This document shows positions 37,250-50,465 of a stretch of DNA of 64,000 nt, piece after piece. Both the position numbers and the translations under genes were made by a program. The notes beneath the pieces are model-generated. The model ran no database searches. It was given only the letters and a program-made list of their open reading frames with translations, and was not told the origin of the DNA. Within the stretch, counting starts at the first letter, position 1. The number at the start of each line of letters is the position of its first letter. The stretch is from Octopus sinensis (lineage: Eukaryota), in contig NC_043000.1 of assembly GCF_006345805.1 (NCBI RefSeq), forward strand, positions 45,074,001 to 45,138,000, in the 5' to 3' direction.

Positions 37250-37625
37250 ATAGGCATAGGAGTGGCTTACAAACCAGATGGTTCTGGGTTCAGTCCCACT
37301 GTGTGGCACCTTGGGCAAGAGTATCCTACAATAGCCTTGGGCTGACCAAAGCCTTGTCAGTGGATTTGGTAGACAGAAACGGAAAGAAGCCCGTCGTATA
37401 TATGTATATATATATATATGTATGTGTGTGTATATGTTTGTGTGTTTGTGTTTGTCCCCCCCAACATCGCTTGACAACCGATGCTGGTGTGTTTACGTCC
37501 CCATAACTTAGCAGTTCTGCAAAAGAAGCCGATAGAATAAGTACTAGGCTTACAAAGAATAAGTCCTGGGGTCAATTTTACTTGTTTCAAATGCCTGAGA
37601 CAAGTAAAAGAGTAAAAGAGTATAT
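37250..37625 (+). mobile_element. tRNA-derived SINE, family B
   Basis: B box GGGTTCAGTCCC, CACCTTGGGCAAG, (GAGTAAAA)n tail. Confidence 0.9.
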
Positions 37626-40059
37626 AACTAACACTAATTTGTTCCAATGTTAAATATTAATATTTGCATTATTTTTAACCAAGATTAGCACTGATAGAGC
37701 AGACCTATAAGTAAAGATTCTCCCAGCATAATCATCCATCACTTTCTATCACTGTTATCCAAGCACATTAGCTCATTTAAGGCAGTAGGGTGTGATTTAT
37801 ATAAGAAATAAATTGTTCACCCATAGAGACTAAGCGTAAAATGATGATAACAATAATGTTCTCTCTAAATACGTTATAAAATAAGTACCAGTACTTATTA
37901 CCAGACACACCAAATTACTTTACTGTAATTCTAACTTCTGTATAAAAATTTCATTTGCAAGCAGAAATGAAAATGTTACAAAAGTATATAAGTAAATAAA
38001 GTCAACAACATTTTCAATAAAGTTTAAAACCAAACAAGACAAATCTGATGTGCAAATGTAAATACAAATTGTAACCATTTCATTTAACTGTGAGTAAGGC
38101 ATGAGTGTCATCCAACCATCGTTTTTATCCCCTATAAACTTGAACCTACTTGTGTGTCTGTGTTAATGATAAATATTAAGAATGCCTGCTGAGATATTCA
38201 GTTTTACATATTAATAATAAACAGACCTATAGAAGAAGCTTCAACAGTGATCTCTCATTTATCATGGTAGATTGGTTCCGAGACTGACCACGATACCTGG
38301 ATTACAGTGTTTATTTAACATGTATTTGGACTTTTAAAACCCTCCCTGTACTGTCAATAACCCACCCATTACAGTAGTCTATTAATAACAAGGACAACTG
38401 TTAAGCAATAACACTTTAGATTTATAAAAATAAAGATTGTTATTGTTGCACATGCCAGATTACAAAAGAGAAAGCAGTGATTCGTCGTCTCTTTTCATTA
38501 CATCAATCACAGCTCGTTAAGTTCAAATACCCCTGTATATGCTTTTTTGCTATTTTAGGCTTGTTTTGTTGTTCCTAGACTAGGAAATAATATTTATTAT
38601 TAATATTTTAATGGATTCAAGGAAAAACGTTAGGCGTTCATATATATATATTTTTAAAATCCGTGAAGTTGTGAATCCACGATAGTTGAACCGCAAAGTA
38701 GTGAGGGATCACTGTATATGGTTACTGATCCTGAGAAAAAGCAACCAACTTCCCTTGAATTACACCTTACTCTCTTAAATGAAGATACACTGGATAGTTT
38801 TGTCTTCGACACGCTCTGGAACCACTGGTACTGATTAATGACTATGTATATTGGTTAATGTGGCACAGCACACTGACCACACTACACACTCACTCACTGC
38901 AGGAATCAGCAGCACAAATATTCATAAAACCACAATACATCATATTTAGAAAGAAAGAACCTGTTGCAAAATGTCTGGAAAAAAGAAAGAATGGATGCAT
39001 CCAGAATACTTTTGATCATGGATCTATTTGATCTCGGGTCTATTTGATCAGAACTGATGGGAAAGGGAAGCTAATCAACAATACCAACAACCAAATGATA
39101 ATTGAAGTGATATCCCTAATGTTCAGTTTCCCCAATTCACTATCATAAAGTTTATTAGTTTTTTTGTTGGTATTTTTTTTGGTGGTGGGGAGGAAAAATT
39201 CAATTTATTTAGCCTGAAGCTAATTAAAAATCTTTAGAAGCACATATTTTATTTTTATCATTTGGGTGTAAATGATCAGGCATCAAAGGATTCCAATGGG
39301 GATTAGATAACATGAAGATAATTTTAAATAAACAGCAATTGCCCAAAATTTAATTGTGCTCGTTTGTTTTTGAGACAGTTTTTATTATGTGAAATAAGGG
39401 GAGGTTGGAATGAAGGAAAAAATTACACAAACCATGCAGATAATGCTCCTTTTGAAATTTAAACTCAATAAAAATAAATCCCCAAGTCATGCATGGAAAA
39501 AACAGAAAAAGCAAATAACTTCCATTTATTTATTTATTTATTTATTTTTACATATTTTAATTTATAGGATAAAATGCTTTTCTTTATTTCTAAGGAGGAC
39601 TCTATCTAAGTGTAAATGACACATTTACTTTTGATTTTACTCTTGGTTTGGTAACTAACTTTGTAACCACATTTTTTCCACCACTAGTACAGAGGAAATT
39701 AAATGATACCCATTCAATCACATATACACATGCATGAATGTTAGGCAAAAGTTCAGCAAACAAAATAAAATTGAATAGTTTTATCTTGAACAGACATCTG
39801 GTTTGTAGCTTATGGTGATAAATAACATAATTTAATGATATATTAACTGAACTGCATCTTCAACACTGAAAACAAAAAAAAGGAGTATGCAAATGTATGA
39901 CACTGTAAAAATTATTTAAATAGGTTCTGGTTTATATACATTTGACAGTTTAGAGTTCCATTCTTATTTTGTTTTTTGTCAGGTTTTTTTGTAACTTGGG
40001 AGAGTTTGCATATCAATAATTTTTGTATACATGGACAGAAATTTGAAAAAATTAGATTC

Positions 40060-40421
40060 TTTTGACTGTGGCCATGCTAGAGCACTGCCTTTAGTTGAAG
40101 AAATCGACCCCAGGACTTATTCTTTGTAAGCCTAGTACTTATTCTATCAGTCTCTTTTGCCAAGCTACTAAGTTACAGGGACGTAACAACACTAACATCA
40201 GTTGTCAAGCGATGGTGCGGGTACAAGCACAGACACACAAATATGCATATGCACACACATACGATGGGATTCTTTCAGTTTCCATCAACCAAATCCACAT
40301 TCACAAGGCTGTGGTCAGCCTGAGGCAATAGTAGAAGACACTTACCCAAGGTGACACACAGTGGGACTGAACCTGGAACCATGTGGTTTGTAAGCAAGCT
40401 ACTTACCATGCAACCACTCCT
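40060..40421 (-). mobile_element. tRNA-derived SINE, family B, part of a local duplication
   Basis: Family homology. Confidence 0.88.
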
Positions 40422-41229
40422 GCTCCTATTTGTTGGGTATTATTCATAACTGGATCGTTCTTTGCTCCAATTTTTACTTTAATTTGTATCAAAATTATTC
40501 AGTAGTTTGAATGGTTTGTGTCAAAGACTGTGTATTTGTATACCAGCTCAAATATCTTTATTCAAAAGTCAGATGCATTTTAGATTTTGTCACATTTGTT
40601 TCACACTCTCATGAAATTTCAATCAAAATATCATAGATCTATAAAAAAAAAGCAACATTAATGTGAAGCAATAAAATATACAAGCTGGGTTAGTTTGAAA
40701 TTATTCATACAGTTAATAAAGTTGTAAGGTTACTTACAATACTTGTATTATGCACACATACACATGCACACATATGCCTACACACTCACACATACAAACG
40801 CACATAAATATTGCATTTAATCAAGATTTACTTAGTAGCATAGCTGTGACAATTATTGCCGTTTTGCTCCAAGCCAGCATTGGTCTTTTGTTTAGCAGAC
40901 ATCATGAACAGTTGTGTTCTATCCACAATGTCTTGCATTTTTGGCAGTCATAAAATACCGCTGACCATGTTATCCAATTATCCATATTACCGTTACAAGA
41001 TAATAGGGTGTGATTTGTGAGAGAATTGACTGCTATTTCTAGCAGATTCATTCACTACATAAGATATACTTCCCTTTGTTTGATAAGTTGAATATGACTG
41101 ATTTTTAGCACTTTTGCATCATTGTGAGCATCTTAGAATTTATTAGTTCTTTATTCCTGACAAAAATATCAACAATTACATTTCTGTAACCACTTGTTTC
41201 ATTAATTTTGCAGTTCTTTTGTGCCTTCA

Positions 41230-41660
41230 TCTATTTACAGACAACTTCTGATAGTTGTCTAAAGTCATATAAGAGGATTGTCCTCAGGAAAATATCTATG
41301 CATATAGTGTATAGCAGTAGAATATTTCAAATTTGAAGGGTCTTGTAATGTTACTCAATAGAATGTGCTGGTTAGAGATTAGAGAGTCCCTGCAAGTGGA
41401 GCTACTACTTCTTCGAATTGAGAAATCACAGCTCCATAACTAGACATGTGGTAAGAATGTCTTATAAAAGAATTGCTGGACAGGTTCTATATGCAAAACC
41501 AAATTTTAGGTGACCCAAGGGTAGACAGCAAATAGAATGGTTAGATGACGTCCGTGAGCTTGGCTGGTTTTGCTTCAGGGTTTAGTTGAATCAAGTGGAA
41601 ATGGTTGCTAGTGACAAGACATGATGGAAAAGATGCTTGAGGACTCTACCTTCCAGGTAT
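41230..41660 (+). pseudogene. Old RTE-type LINE C-terminal remnant
   Basis: LLLRIEKSQL followed by frameshifted VLYAKP...PKGR...WLDDVRE-like segments. Confidence 0.5.
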
Positions 41661-41756
41661 AAGTGGACGAAGAAGATGAGATGATATGAGATATTTTATA
41701 TTCTTATTTACATTATTTACATTTGACAGATATTTGTCCTCATCTTATTTGTTGTT

Positions 41757-41803
41757 AACACAACGTTTTTGACTGTTATACTCTCCAGCTTTCATCAGGT
41801 GTC
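41757..41803 (-). ncRNA. Decayed minimal type I hammerhead of the Penelope-like dimeric type; GAAA mutated to AAAA
   Basis: GACAC CTGATGA aagctg-gagagtataa-cagtc AAAA CGTT GTGTT. Confidence 0.55.
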
Positions 41804-41844
41804 TTTGGGAAATTTTGAACCTGGATTCTCATTCCTAAGGTATA

Positions 41845-41895
<51 letters not shown>

Positions 41896-41960
41896 GGTGG
41901 TGGTGGTGGTGGTGGTGGTGGTGGTGGTGGTGGTGGTGGTGGTGGTGGTGGTGGTGATGG
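41845..41960. repeat. (GTT)n to (GGT)n compound microsatellite
   Basis: Direct reading. Confidence 0.95.
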
Positions 41961-41984
41961 TGCCAGCATGGAAAGGATGATGAC

Positions 41985-42272
41985 GATGATGATGATCATC
42001 ATCATCATTTAGCGTCCGCTTTCCATGCTAGCATGGGTTGGACGGTTCAACTGGGGTCTGTGAAGCCAGAAGGCTGCATCAGGCCCAGTCTGATCTGGCA
42101 GTGTTTCTACGGCTGGATGCCCTTCCTAATGCCAACCACTCCGTGAGTGTAGTGGGTGCTTTTTACGTGCCACCGGCACGGGGCCAGGCGAGGCTGGCAA
42201 CAGCCACGAACGGATGGTGCTTTTTACGTGCCACTGGCACGAGGCCAGTCGAGGCGGCACTGGCAACGGTCA
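41985..42272 (-). mobile_element. RTE LINE 3' end
   Basis: Homology to the 9129 tail. Confidence 0.9.
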
Positions 42273-42278
42273 GATGAT

Positions 42279-42366
42279 GATTATTATTATTCAGGTCACT
42301 GCCTGGAATTGAACTCGGAATCTTGGGGTTAGTAGCCTGTGCTCTTAACCACTATGCCATATGCCC
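42279..42366 (-). mobile_element. Short tRNA-derived SINE or tRNA-like retrocopy with (AAT)n tail
   Basis: Reverse complement GGGCATATGGCATAGTGGTTAAGAGC...GAGTTCAATTCCAGG has A and B boxes; no perfect cloverleaf. Confidence 0.75.
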
Positions 42367-45300
42367 ATGGGCATTTTATATTATGTTCCCTTAAAATAAT
42401 ATATCATAACAGCATCAGTAAAAAAAAAATGATTGCAAATTATCAGTTAATGCATTGATGCCCTATTTAATACTAACCATTGAGTTATAAAGAAGGATGA
42501 GCAGATCATGTGTCTAGCCACCACAATGATTTAAGAAGGTTGGAATTTATCACTCTGTAGACAATAGACAGGTGCTTTATCTTTCTATATAGTTACTGTC
42601 TACACTAGTTTATGTTGTCCAACAATGCAAATGAGTCAACCTGTTAGGAAATACAATTATTTTCAAAACTTTTTATTCAAACTTTTAAGTGAACTTAGCA
42701 ATCAACTACTGCTAATTAAAGGCAATATGAAAGGATGCAGAAAATATTTAACTTATTTTATTTGTCTGGTATCATGATGGTACTGTTTCATCAATGTCTA
42801 GTTGTATATCTATGGGTATATTTACATGTAAGATATTCTCAATAGTAATATTAAAAACCTATATATAATTTATATGGCTAACTGTTCTCCACAAAGCTCT
42901 AAAGAGAATCTAATGTCATTGTCTCTCTCTACCATTTTTCAATGTCACTGTTCTTCACTTTTCAGCAGGATTAATAGTAGCACACCAGTTACTACATTTT
43001 TTTCACTGGCAATAAGATAATCTTTCTATATATTATGATAATCTAATGCCACAAACAAATAGTAAATGGCCTTCTTGTTAAGAATGAACTACTGGAAAAT
43101 TCTACTATTCTTCAACTTCTGCAGAGTAATAGTAGTAATAGTGGCAGTGGTGGTGGTGGTGGTGGTGGTGGCAGCAGTGTTGCTATTGGTAGGGCTGGAA
43201 GTGATGGGTGGTTTCAACTCCAAGCATGTGGCTGTGCAATTTCTCACACGGATGCAAGGTTACAACTTTCTAGTATTTATCAATTTTACAAGAAATTTTA
43301 AAGTTGACTAGCTGGCAGAATCATTAGCATGCCAGGCAAAAGGCTTAGCATTATTTTGTCCATCCTTATATTCTGTGTTTAAATTCTGTTGAGGTTGACA
43401 TTTCATTTTGTCCTTTCAGGGTCGATAAAAATAAATACCAGGTGAGCAATCTAGTTGATGATCCTGACTTACCCACTCCCAAAAATTGCTAACCTTGTGC
43501 CAAAATGTGAAAACAATATTACAAGAAACTTTAAGGGCAGAATTGTTAGCACATGGGGCAAAATACTTAGTGGTATTTCGTGCATCTTTACATTCTGTGT
43601 TCAAATTCTGCCGAAGTCACTTTTGTCCTTTGTTCTTTTGGATAATCAGTTGGTGCTTTTACGTGCTACCGGCACAGAAGCCAGTCAAGGAGGCACTGGC
43701 ATCAACCACGTTCAGGTGGTACTTTTTACGTGCCACCGGCACAGGTATCACTACTACAATTTCCATTTGATATTTATTTTGATGTTGATGTACTTGACTC
43801 AATAGGTCTCTTCAAGCACAACAGGTCATGTGCCACCGGCAGAGAAGCAAGTCAAGGCGGCACTGGCATCGGCCATGTTCAGCCACATATTTGCAAAACA
43901 AACATTTTTACTGCATGGTCACCAACTCTCTGGTAATTCAGTCCTGATACATTGAAATATAAAGGTGACCTCTGTAAGACTTTTACTCAGAATTCAAAGG
44001 ATTATAACTAAATATAGCACAAAATATTTCCCTACTAGACTGATTTTGCTAAAAGTTGCATATTCAGCAGATTAATTTTGCATTAATGAAATTATATATA
44101 TATTTTTTAAAGATATATTTTCATTCCAATGAGATCAGCACAATAAATTTAAAAGCAACATAATTACAATAAGATTCTTGCAGGTATGGCTTATGGAAAT
44201 ATTTATTTTCTATTTTAACAGAATTCTCAATTGTCACATTCCAGAAATTTAGTAACTTCTATTACTTGTTTCATTACGAATTATGCATATGATTTGATGT
44301 TGTATTTTTAGAAAAATTTGCATGCTGCTATATTCTGAAGTCAATAAAATATTTGACTCTATTCTACTCAGTTCATATAACACATTGATTTTCATGGCTG
44401 CTTTCTTTTTGTTTATTGACTAGTGAAATGTGGGAAAACAAATTCTTTCATAATTCTTGACTGGAGTGTTAAAGTGCCAAACATAATTTGAAATTAATAT
44501 ACTTAATGTAGTAAAGTCCTTATCTTATGCTTATATCTAAAGTATGCAAAATTATTTACGGTGTATATACATAAACAAAATTACAAATAAATCATTTTCT
44601 AATCTACTCTAATTGATTATCGGTTTGAAATATTAGATTTTTTAAGACTTTTATTTAGTTGTTTATTATAGATGTTTGTTTATATAAAAGCATGCATAAG
44701 TTTATAAATTATATAAATATTCTAATTTTTTTTAACAAAATAATATTGCATTATTTCTACAAACAAAAATGCCTAGGTCAACATCGATCTAATTAAAGCA
44801 TACCTGAGAGAATAAGAAAGGAAACAATTGATTTTGTTTCCAAATTGTGGAAATTGTAAATCTTTTTTAATTATGTAGATTAAAAAAGTTTATATTTTGT
44901 TTACCTAGTATTAATAAATAATACTAAATACTAATGAATACTACTAAAACTTTGTTAAGCATAAATTCATAAACACACACAGAAATGTATGTTTAAAATT
45001 TGGACAAATTTGAAAAATATTTAAATTTTGTTAATTACATCCATTGTGAATAAAATATGTTAATGATCTAATTTTCTAACTTCTAAATTGTTTTTGCATT
45101 GTAAAAGTCCACAGTGGATTAATTAAAGTGTAACAGAGAACAGTTTCAAGAGCTGAATCTTCATGGAACTGCAATTAGAATTAAATCCACTATGATGTTT
45201 CAGAAAATGTTAGCAAAGAAGTTGTTTCCAAAAAAACTGTTTTCCTAAATGCTCTTATTATCAGTTTCATCTAACCATGCCTATCTATATATATCAGCAG

Positions 45301-45519
45301 GTGTATGGAGATGCATAGGTAATAGGCCTGATGCATCTCTCAGAATAGACATAGCAATTTAGAGACTAATATTGTATTAATGTATGTCAGTATGTCATTT
45401 TAATGCTGCTGTAAATATAGTATGTAATCTTTTGCAATATATTGCAATGTAAGAAAAGCAAAATATTTGTGTGCATTTAACATATAAGGAAGTCGTAGTA
45501 GTTTATGACTATTGTCTAT

Positions 45520-45960
45520 TTTTATTACTATTGGTATTAAGTGAAAGAGCAGTGCATGCCTTCAAGGTGATACTGGAGTAAAATGTACAAAGCCAAGCAT
45601 ACCCATCATGACTACCTGTCTCATAAGGGAAAACCAAGCCAGGCATCACATCCATATGTGCATGACATGGTGATCTAATATTAAGGTCAACAGCACGTGA
45701 CCTTGCAGGTGGGGCCCAGTTAGAATTTTCTTCCGGTTGAGTAGCCCATCCCACTCAAATGGACCTTGAATAAGGGTTGTTTAAGGATATTGAACAAAAT
45801 GCCCATGTTTCCAGAAATATTCAAACCCCAAAGAATTCCTCTCAAAACATGGTTATGTTGCTCCCCAACTACTTCTACTCATGATCAGAGATGTATATAT
45901 TGTCAACCACCAAGGGACATGCTCAGCTGGTTAATATCAAACACGTGACATGCAAATGTG
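45520..45960 (-). mobile_element. RLE-LINE 3' UTR or derived SINE
   Basis: Homology to the 23395 and 46425 segments. Confidence 0.6.
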
Positions 45961-46039
45961 TGGTATTGAGCAGAATATTTGCTGTATCCCATCTTTTACA
46001 CCAAGACAAAGTATGTGCATGATAATACTTCCAGTCAAT

Positions 46040-46540
46040 TAAGATCACAAGCTATGAGATCCAGTGCCCAGTATTGTAATAGGACATTTGTTTTTTGGTT
46101 TGGCTCGGGTTCAGTTTTTGTTCCTGGTAGGAATTGTGTGGATAGCAGATTACTACCCGCAACCTTAGGTATCCCCAAGTTTTCAACAGACTTTCAAGTC
46201 CTTAGAATCCTCCTGATAATCCTTGCTGTACTTAAGAGACAAACTTTCTATAGGAGGTCTGTCAGGCATTCTATTTGAGTCTCCTTCTTCATCCATTTGT
46301 CTATATCTTGGATTACTGTTCTCAATGCACCAATTATTATAGGCATGATCTTTACTGTTTTCATGCTCCAAATTCTTGACCTTTATTGTTCGCATGCTCC
46401 AGATTCTATTGTCATTGTTATTGACTGAGAGAGCAATGAATGCCATCAAAGTGACACTGGGGTAAAATATATGAAGCCCAGTATACCCATCATGACTACT
46501 CATCTGATAAGGATACATTGGCACATGCATTCACAACTAT
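46040..46540 (-). mobile_element. RLE-LINE 3' fragments
   Basis: Homology to 24260-24550 and 23395-23525. Confidence 0.7.
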
Positions 46541-47293
46541 ATATTTAATAATAATGATAATAATAATAATAAAAATAATAATAATAATAATAAATAATAA
46601 TAATAATAATAATAATAATTTAAAAAATAATAATAATAATGATTTTAGTGATAATGAAACTGATTAAAACACAATTCAATAGGAATTGAGCACCATGTGC
46701 ATATTCAAATGACTCAGTTTAAATATATTTGTAACCTGAAAATAAATAGACAAAAGGAATTATTTTAAAATAATGAAGTGAAATTTTATGTAATATCATA
46801 GCCCTTTTGTTAGTTTTTCTTATTTTTGTTTAGTTATTTGAAAAATTTATTAGTAGAGCACTTATGTTTTCCATTTATTTTCAGTTTGAAGCAGTTTTGT
46901 AATTAAAATTTAGAATAAAACTCCTTGTAAAAATATTATGCAGTTATTTTTTATTTAATGATTTTTTTAATATTTACATGTTGAAACTAAGACTTTAATT
47001 ACGGATTACAATATTTTATAAAAGTACTTTAAAAGATGCCAAGAAACAAGTATTAATACTTCTGCAGTACAAAGAATGGTAAATATATTGAAGTATTTCC
47101 ACTATTGAATTGAAAACACTAGCAGACTCATTAATCCTGGTTTTAATTTACAAAGTATACATATGTCTGTAGACCCACCTCACATACACACGTGTGTACA
47201 TATGTATGTGTATGTGTGTGCAGGTATGAGTGTATATAGTGTATTTACAGACATATAAATATATATTTTTTTTTAATATCTATTATATGTGTG

Positions 47294-47324
<31 letters not shown>

Positions 47325-47943
47325 CCTACCTACATATATACATACATATATATTTCTATGTACATACATAAATGCATACTTACATATTTGTATGTTTATA
47401 TTCATGCACATTTTCTCACACCTAACACTTACCTACTAACCACTGTAATCAGATTAATTGATATTCTCTCATAGACATTTTTCGTGCTCAATATTACATA
47501 GTAAAAATAATGATAGTAATAGTAAGAGAATGAAATAAATAAAATAGAAAATAAAAAATTCTTATTTTGAAGTTACTCTAAATCAATCTTTATTTTCGAT
47601 TTTTTTTTTTTTACTTTATTCTTGTCAAATTAAATTTTCTTTTTCTTTCATTCATACTACTTCAAATGGATATGTATAGATGTTTGAAACACTGTAGCCA
47701 AGTGTAGCAAATAACTTATTACCAAGGTTTATCTGCAAGACTGAATGTTTTAGTAAAACTGAACTGAAATGATTTAAACTTTAACATCTACATGGTTAAC
47801 AGTTATAATGATAGTGTGTTGAAGAGCTTTCAGAAACCAGTATTTACACCAGGAATACAACAGCCAGTAAAACAATGACATAGGTCTTCTGCATAAATCC
47901 GAGTTAAGGACTGTTCTCCAACTTTAACTAATGGGTTCATTAA

Positions 47944-48729
47944 CCTTTTAGTATTAAAACTGGCCATATCTGACCAAAATATTCCGCCTCTTTTATCATC
48001 AAACTAGCTAGGTCAAGCATCTCACACTTGCACTACAATGTTAAACTAGAAACAATCACATCATCAAAATCTTGAAGCCACAAGATACTCTTTTACTCTT
48101 TTACTTGTTTCGGTCATTTGACTGCGGCCATGCTGGAGCACTGCCTTTTAGTTGAGCAAATCGATCCCAGTACTTACTCTTTGTAAGCCTAGTACTTATT
48201 CTACCAGTCTCTTTTGCCAAACCGCTAAGTTACAGGGACGTAAACATACCAGCATCGGTTGTCAAGCGATGTTGGGGGGAGACAAACACAGACACACAAA
48301 CATGTACATACATACGTATATATATATACATATATACGACACACAAACGTATACACACACATACATATATATATATACATATATATACATATATACGATG
48401 GGCTTCTTTCAGTTTCCGTCTACCAAATCCACTCACAAGGCTTTGGTTGGCCTGGGGCTATAGTAGAAGACACTTGCCCAAGGTGCCATGCAGTGGGGCT
48501 CAACCCAGAACCTTGTGGTTCGTAAGCAAGCTACTTACCACACAGCCACTCCTACGTCTATAAAGGTTAAGGGTTGTTCTCCAACTTTACATGATTATTT
48601 CAAAACAATGTGAATAAATACGCATTACATTTGACAGTGAGAATACATGATTAATTCAAAACAATGTAAATAAATAAGCATTACACAGACAGAGTAAATA
48701 AATAAGTGTTATATTTGACAGTGAAAAGG
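47944..48729. mobile_element. piggyBac-like MITE interrupted by a SINE and rearranged
   Basis: TTAA flanks at 47940-47943 and 48730-48733; CCTTTT/AAAAGG termini; duplicated right-hand segment. Confidence 0.6.
48088..48555 (-). mobile_element. tRNA-derived SINE, family B, with expanded internal microsatellite
   Basis: Family homology. Confidence 0.92.
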
Positions 48730-49019
48730 TTAAATGCAAATGGTACACACTAAATATGTACTTGAAATATGACGAATCAATGTGTGTATTTGTCCATACA
48801 TTTAAACTTGCTTTTATTCATGCGAGCATAGATTGAGCATGAAAGTTATTTTATTTGATGTAGGATTTTACAGCTGGATGCTCCTCTCATTGTCAACAAA
48901 TATTGGTTTCATAGTAAGAGATCTTTTCATTCTGTGAAAGCATGGTGATTAGTCATAATATCAATGAGGAACATCTACCATCATCTCCCCTTTGGTCAGG
49001 TAGTGACCAATATTAAATA

Positions 49020-49030
49020 TCAACACACAT

Positions 49031-49076
<46 letters not shown>

Positions 49077-49186
49077 ACACACACACACACACAGACATAC
49101 ACACACACACATACACACACATATACACACACACATACACACACACACATACACACACTCATACACACACACACACACACACACAT
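49020..49186. repeat. (CA)n microsatellite
   Basis: Direct reading. Confidence 0.95.
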
Positions 49187-49839
49187 TCAACAGGCTTCCT
49201 GGAGTTTCCATCTACCAAATTGAATCACAAAGCATTGGTTGGCCCAGAGCTACAGAAGAAGACGCACAAGATGCATCAGTGGAACCAGTCCCAAAACCAC
49301 GCAGTGATTAGGTAAACTTCTTAACCACATGACCATGCTTGACTTCAGCAACCCCAAACACTTATTTTAGCAATCTCTGTGTATCATAATACTAAGTTAA
49401 GGTATTTCAACATACTCCATTATTTTCAAGTGGCATTAACACACACACACAAACATACACACACACACACACAAAGTGTTTTCTGTTTACACAGAACATT
49501 GTACATTGTTCTCTTTTGTTCCGTTATGTCCATTTGTTGTTTTCCTGTCTTTCTTTTCGAAACACATATTTCTCCACCCATATTCATACATTATATTTGT
49601 TTATGTCCAATCCAGTTTATTTTGCTATTCAATGTCTCATTCCATCATTTCTATCCCAGTTCACACTATCTCTATTTATTATGTTTTTAATGCATGTAGT
49701 CTCCCTTATTTTGCACAATATTTGCTTAACAACTACCAATTCCTCTCCTCTCTCACTCCCTCTTTCTCTCACCCCCACTGTAACACTCTTCTTTTCAGTT
49801 TCGTCTATCACTACTACAGATTTTTACACAGAACCTTAT

Positions 49840-49858
49840 TTCTCTCTCTCTCTCCCCC

Positions 49859-49889
<31 letters not shown>

Positions 49890-49893
49890 CCTC

Positions 49894-49984
<91 letters not shown>

Positions 49985-49985
49985 A
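49840..49985. repeat. (CT)n microsatellite
   Basis: Direct reading. Confidence 0.95.
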
Positions 49986-50244
49986 CACACACATACACAC
50001 ACACACATGTTTATAATTCCAGTTTTCCACATTTCCACTGTCCTGCTATCTGGATGGATTTTCTTGTCTCTGTTACATTTTATTCCACCAGCTGAAAGAC
50101 ATTTCTATGTTGTTTTCTTAACCATTACTTTTGAATGTTATTTATATGTCTTTCTTCTTCGGTTAAAAGATTGTTTACATTTCTTGTTTGTGTTCTGTCC
50201 ATTTCTTGCTCAAACCATAATTACTGAATACTGCTAAAAATTGT

Positions 50245-50465
50245 GGTCATATTGATTTAAAATGTTGGCACAAGGCCAGCAATTCTTGGGAGGAGTAAAT
50301 CAATTACATTGATCCCAGTACTCAACTGGTACTTACTTTATCGACCCCAAAAAGATGAAAGGCAAAGTCAACCTCAGTGGAATGTGAACGCAGAATGTAA
50401 AGACATGAAATGCCATTAAACATTTTGCTGGACATGCTAACAATTCTGTCAGCTCACCATCTTAC
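50245..50465 (-). mobile_element. tRNA-derived SINE, family A; other decayed copies near 21190, 23240, 37090, 43310 and 57420
   Basis: Reverse complement of the 2338 copy (ATCGACCCCAAAAAGATGAAAGGCAAAGTC). Confidence 0.82.
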
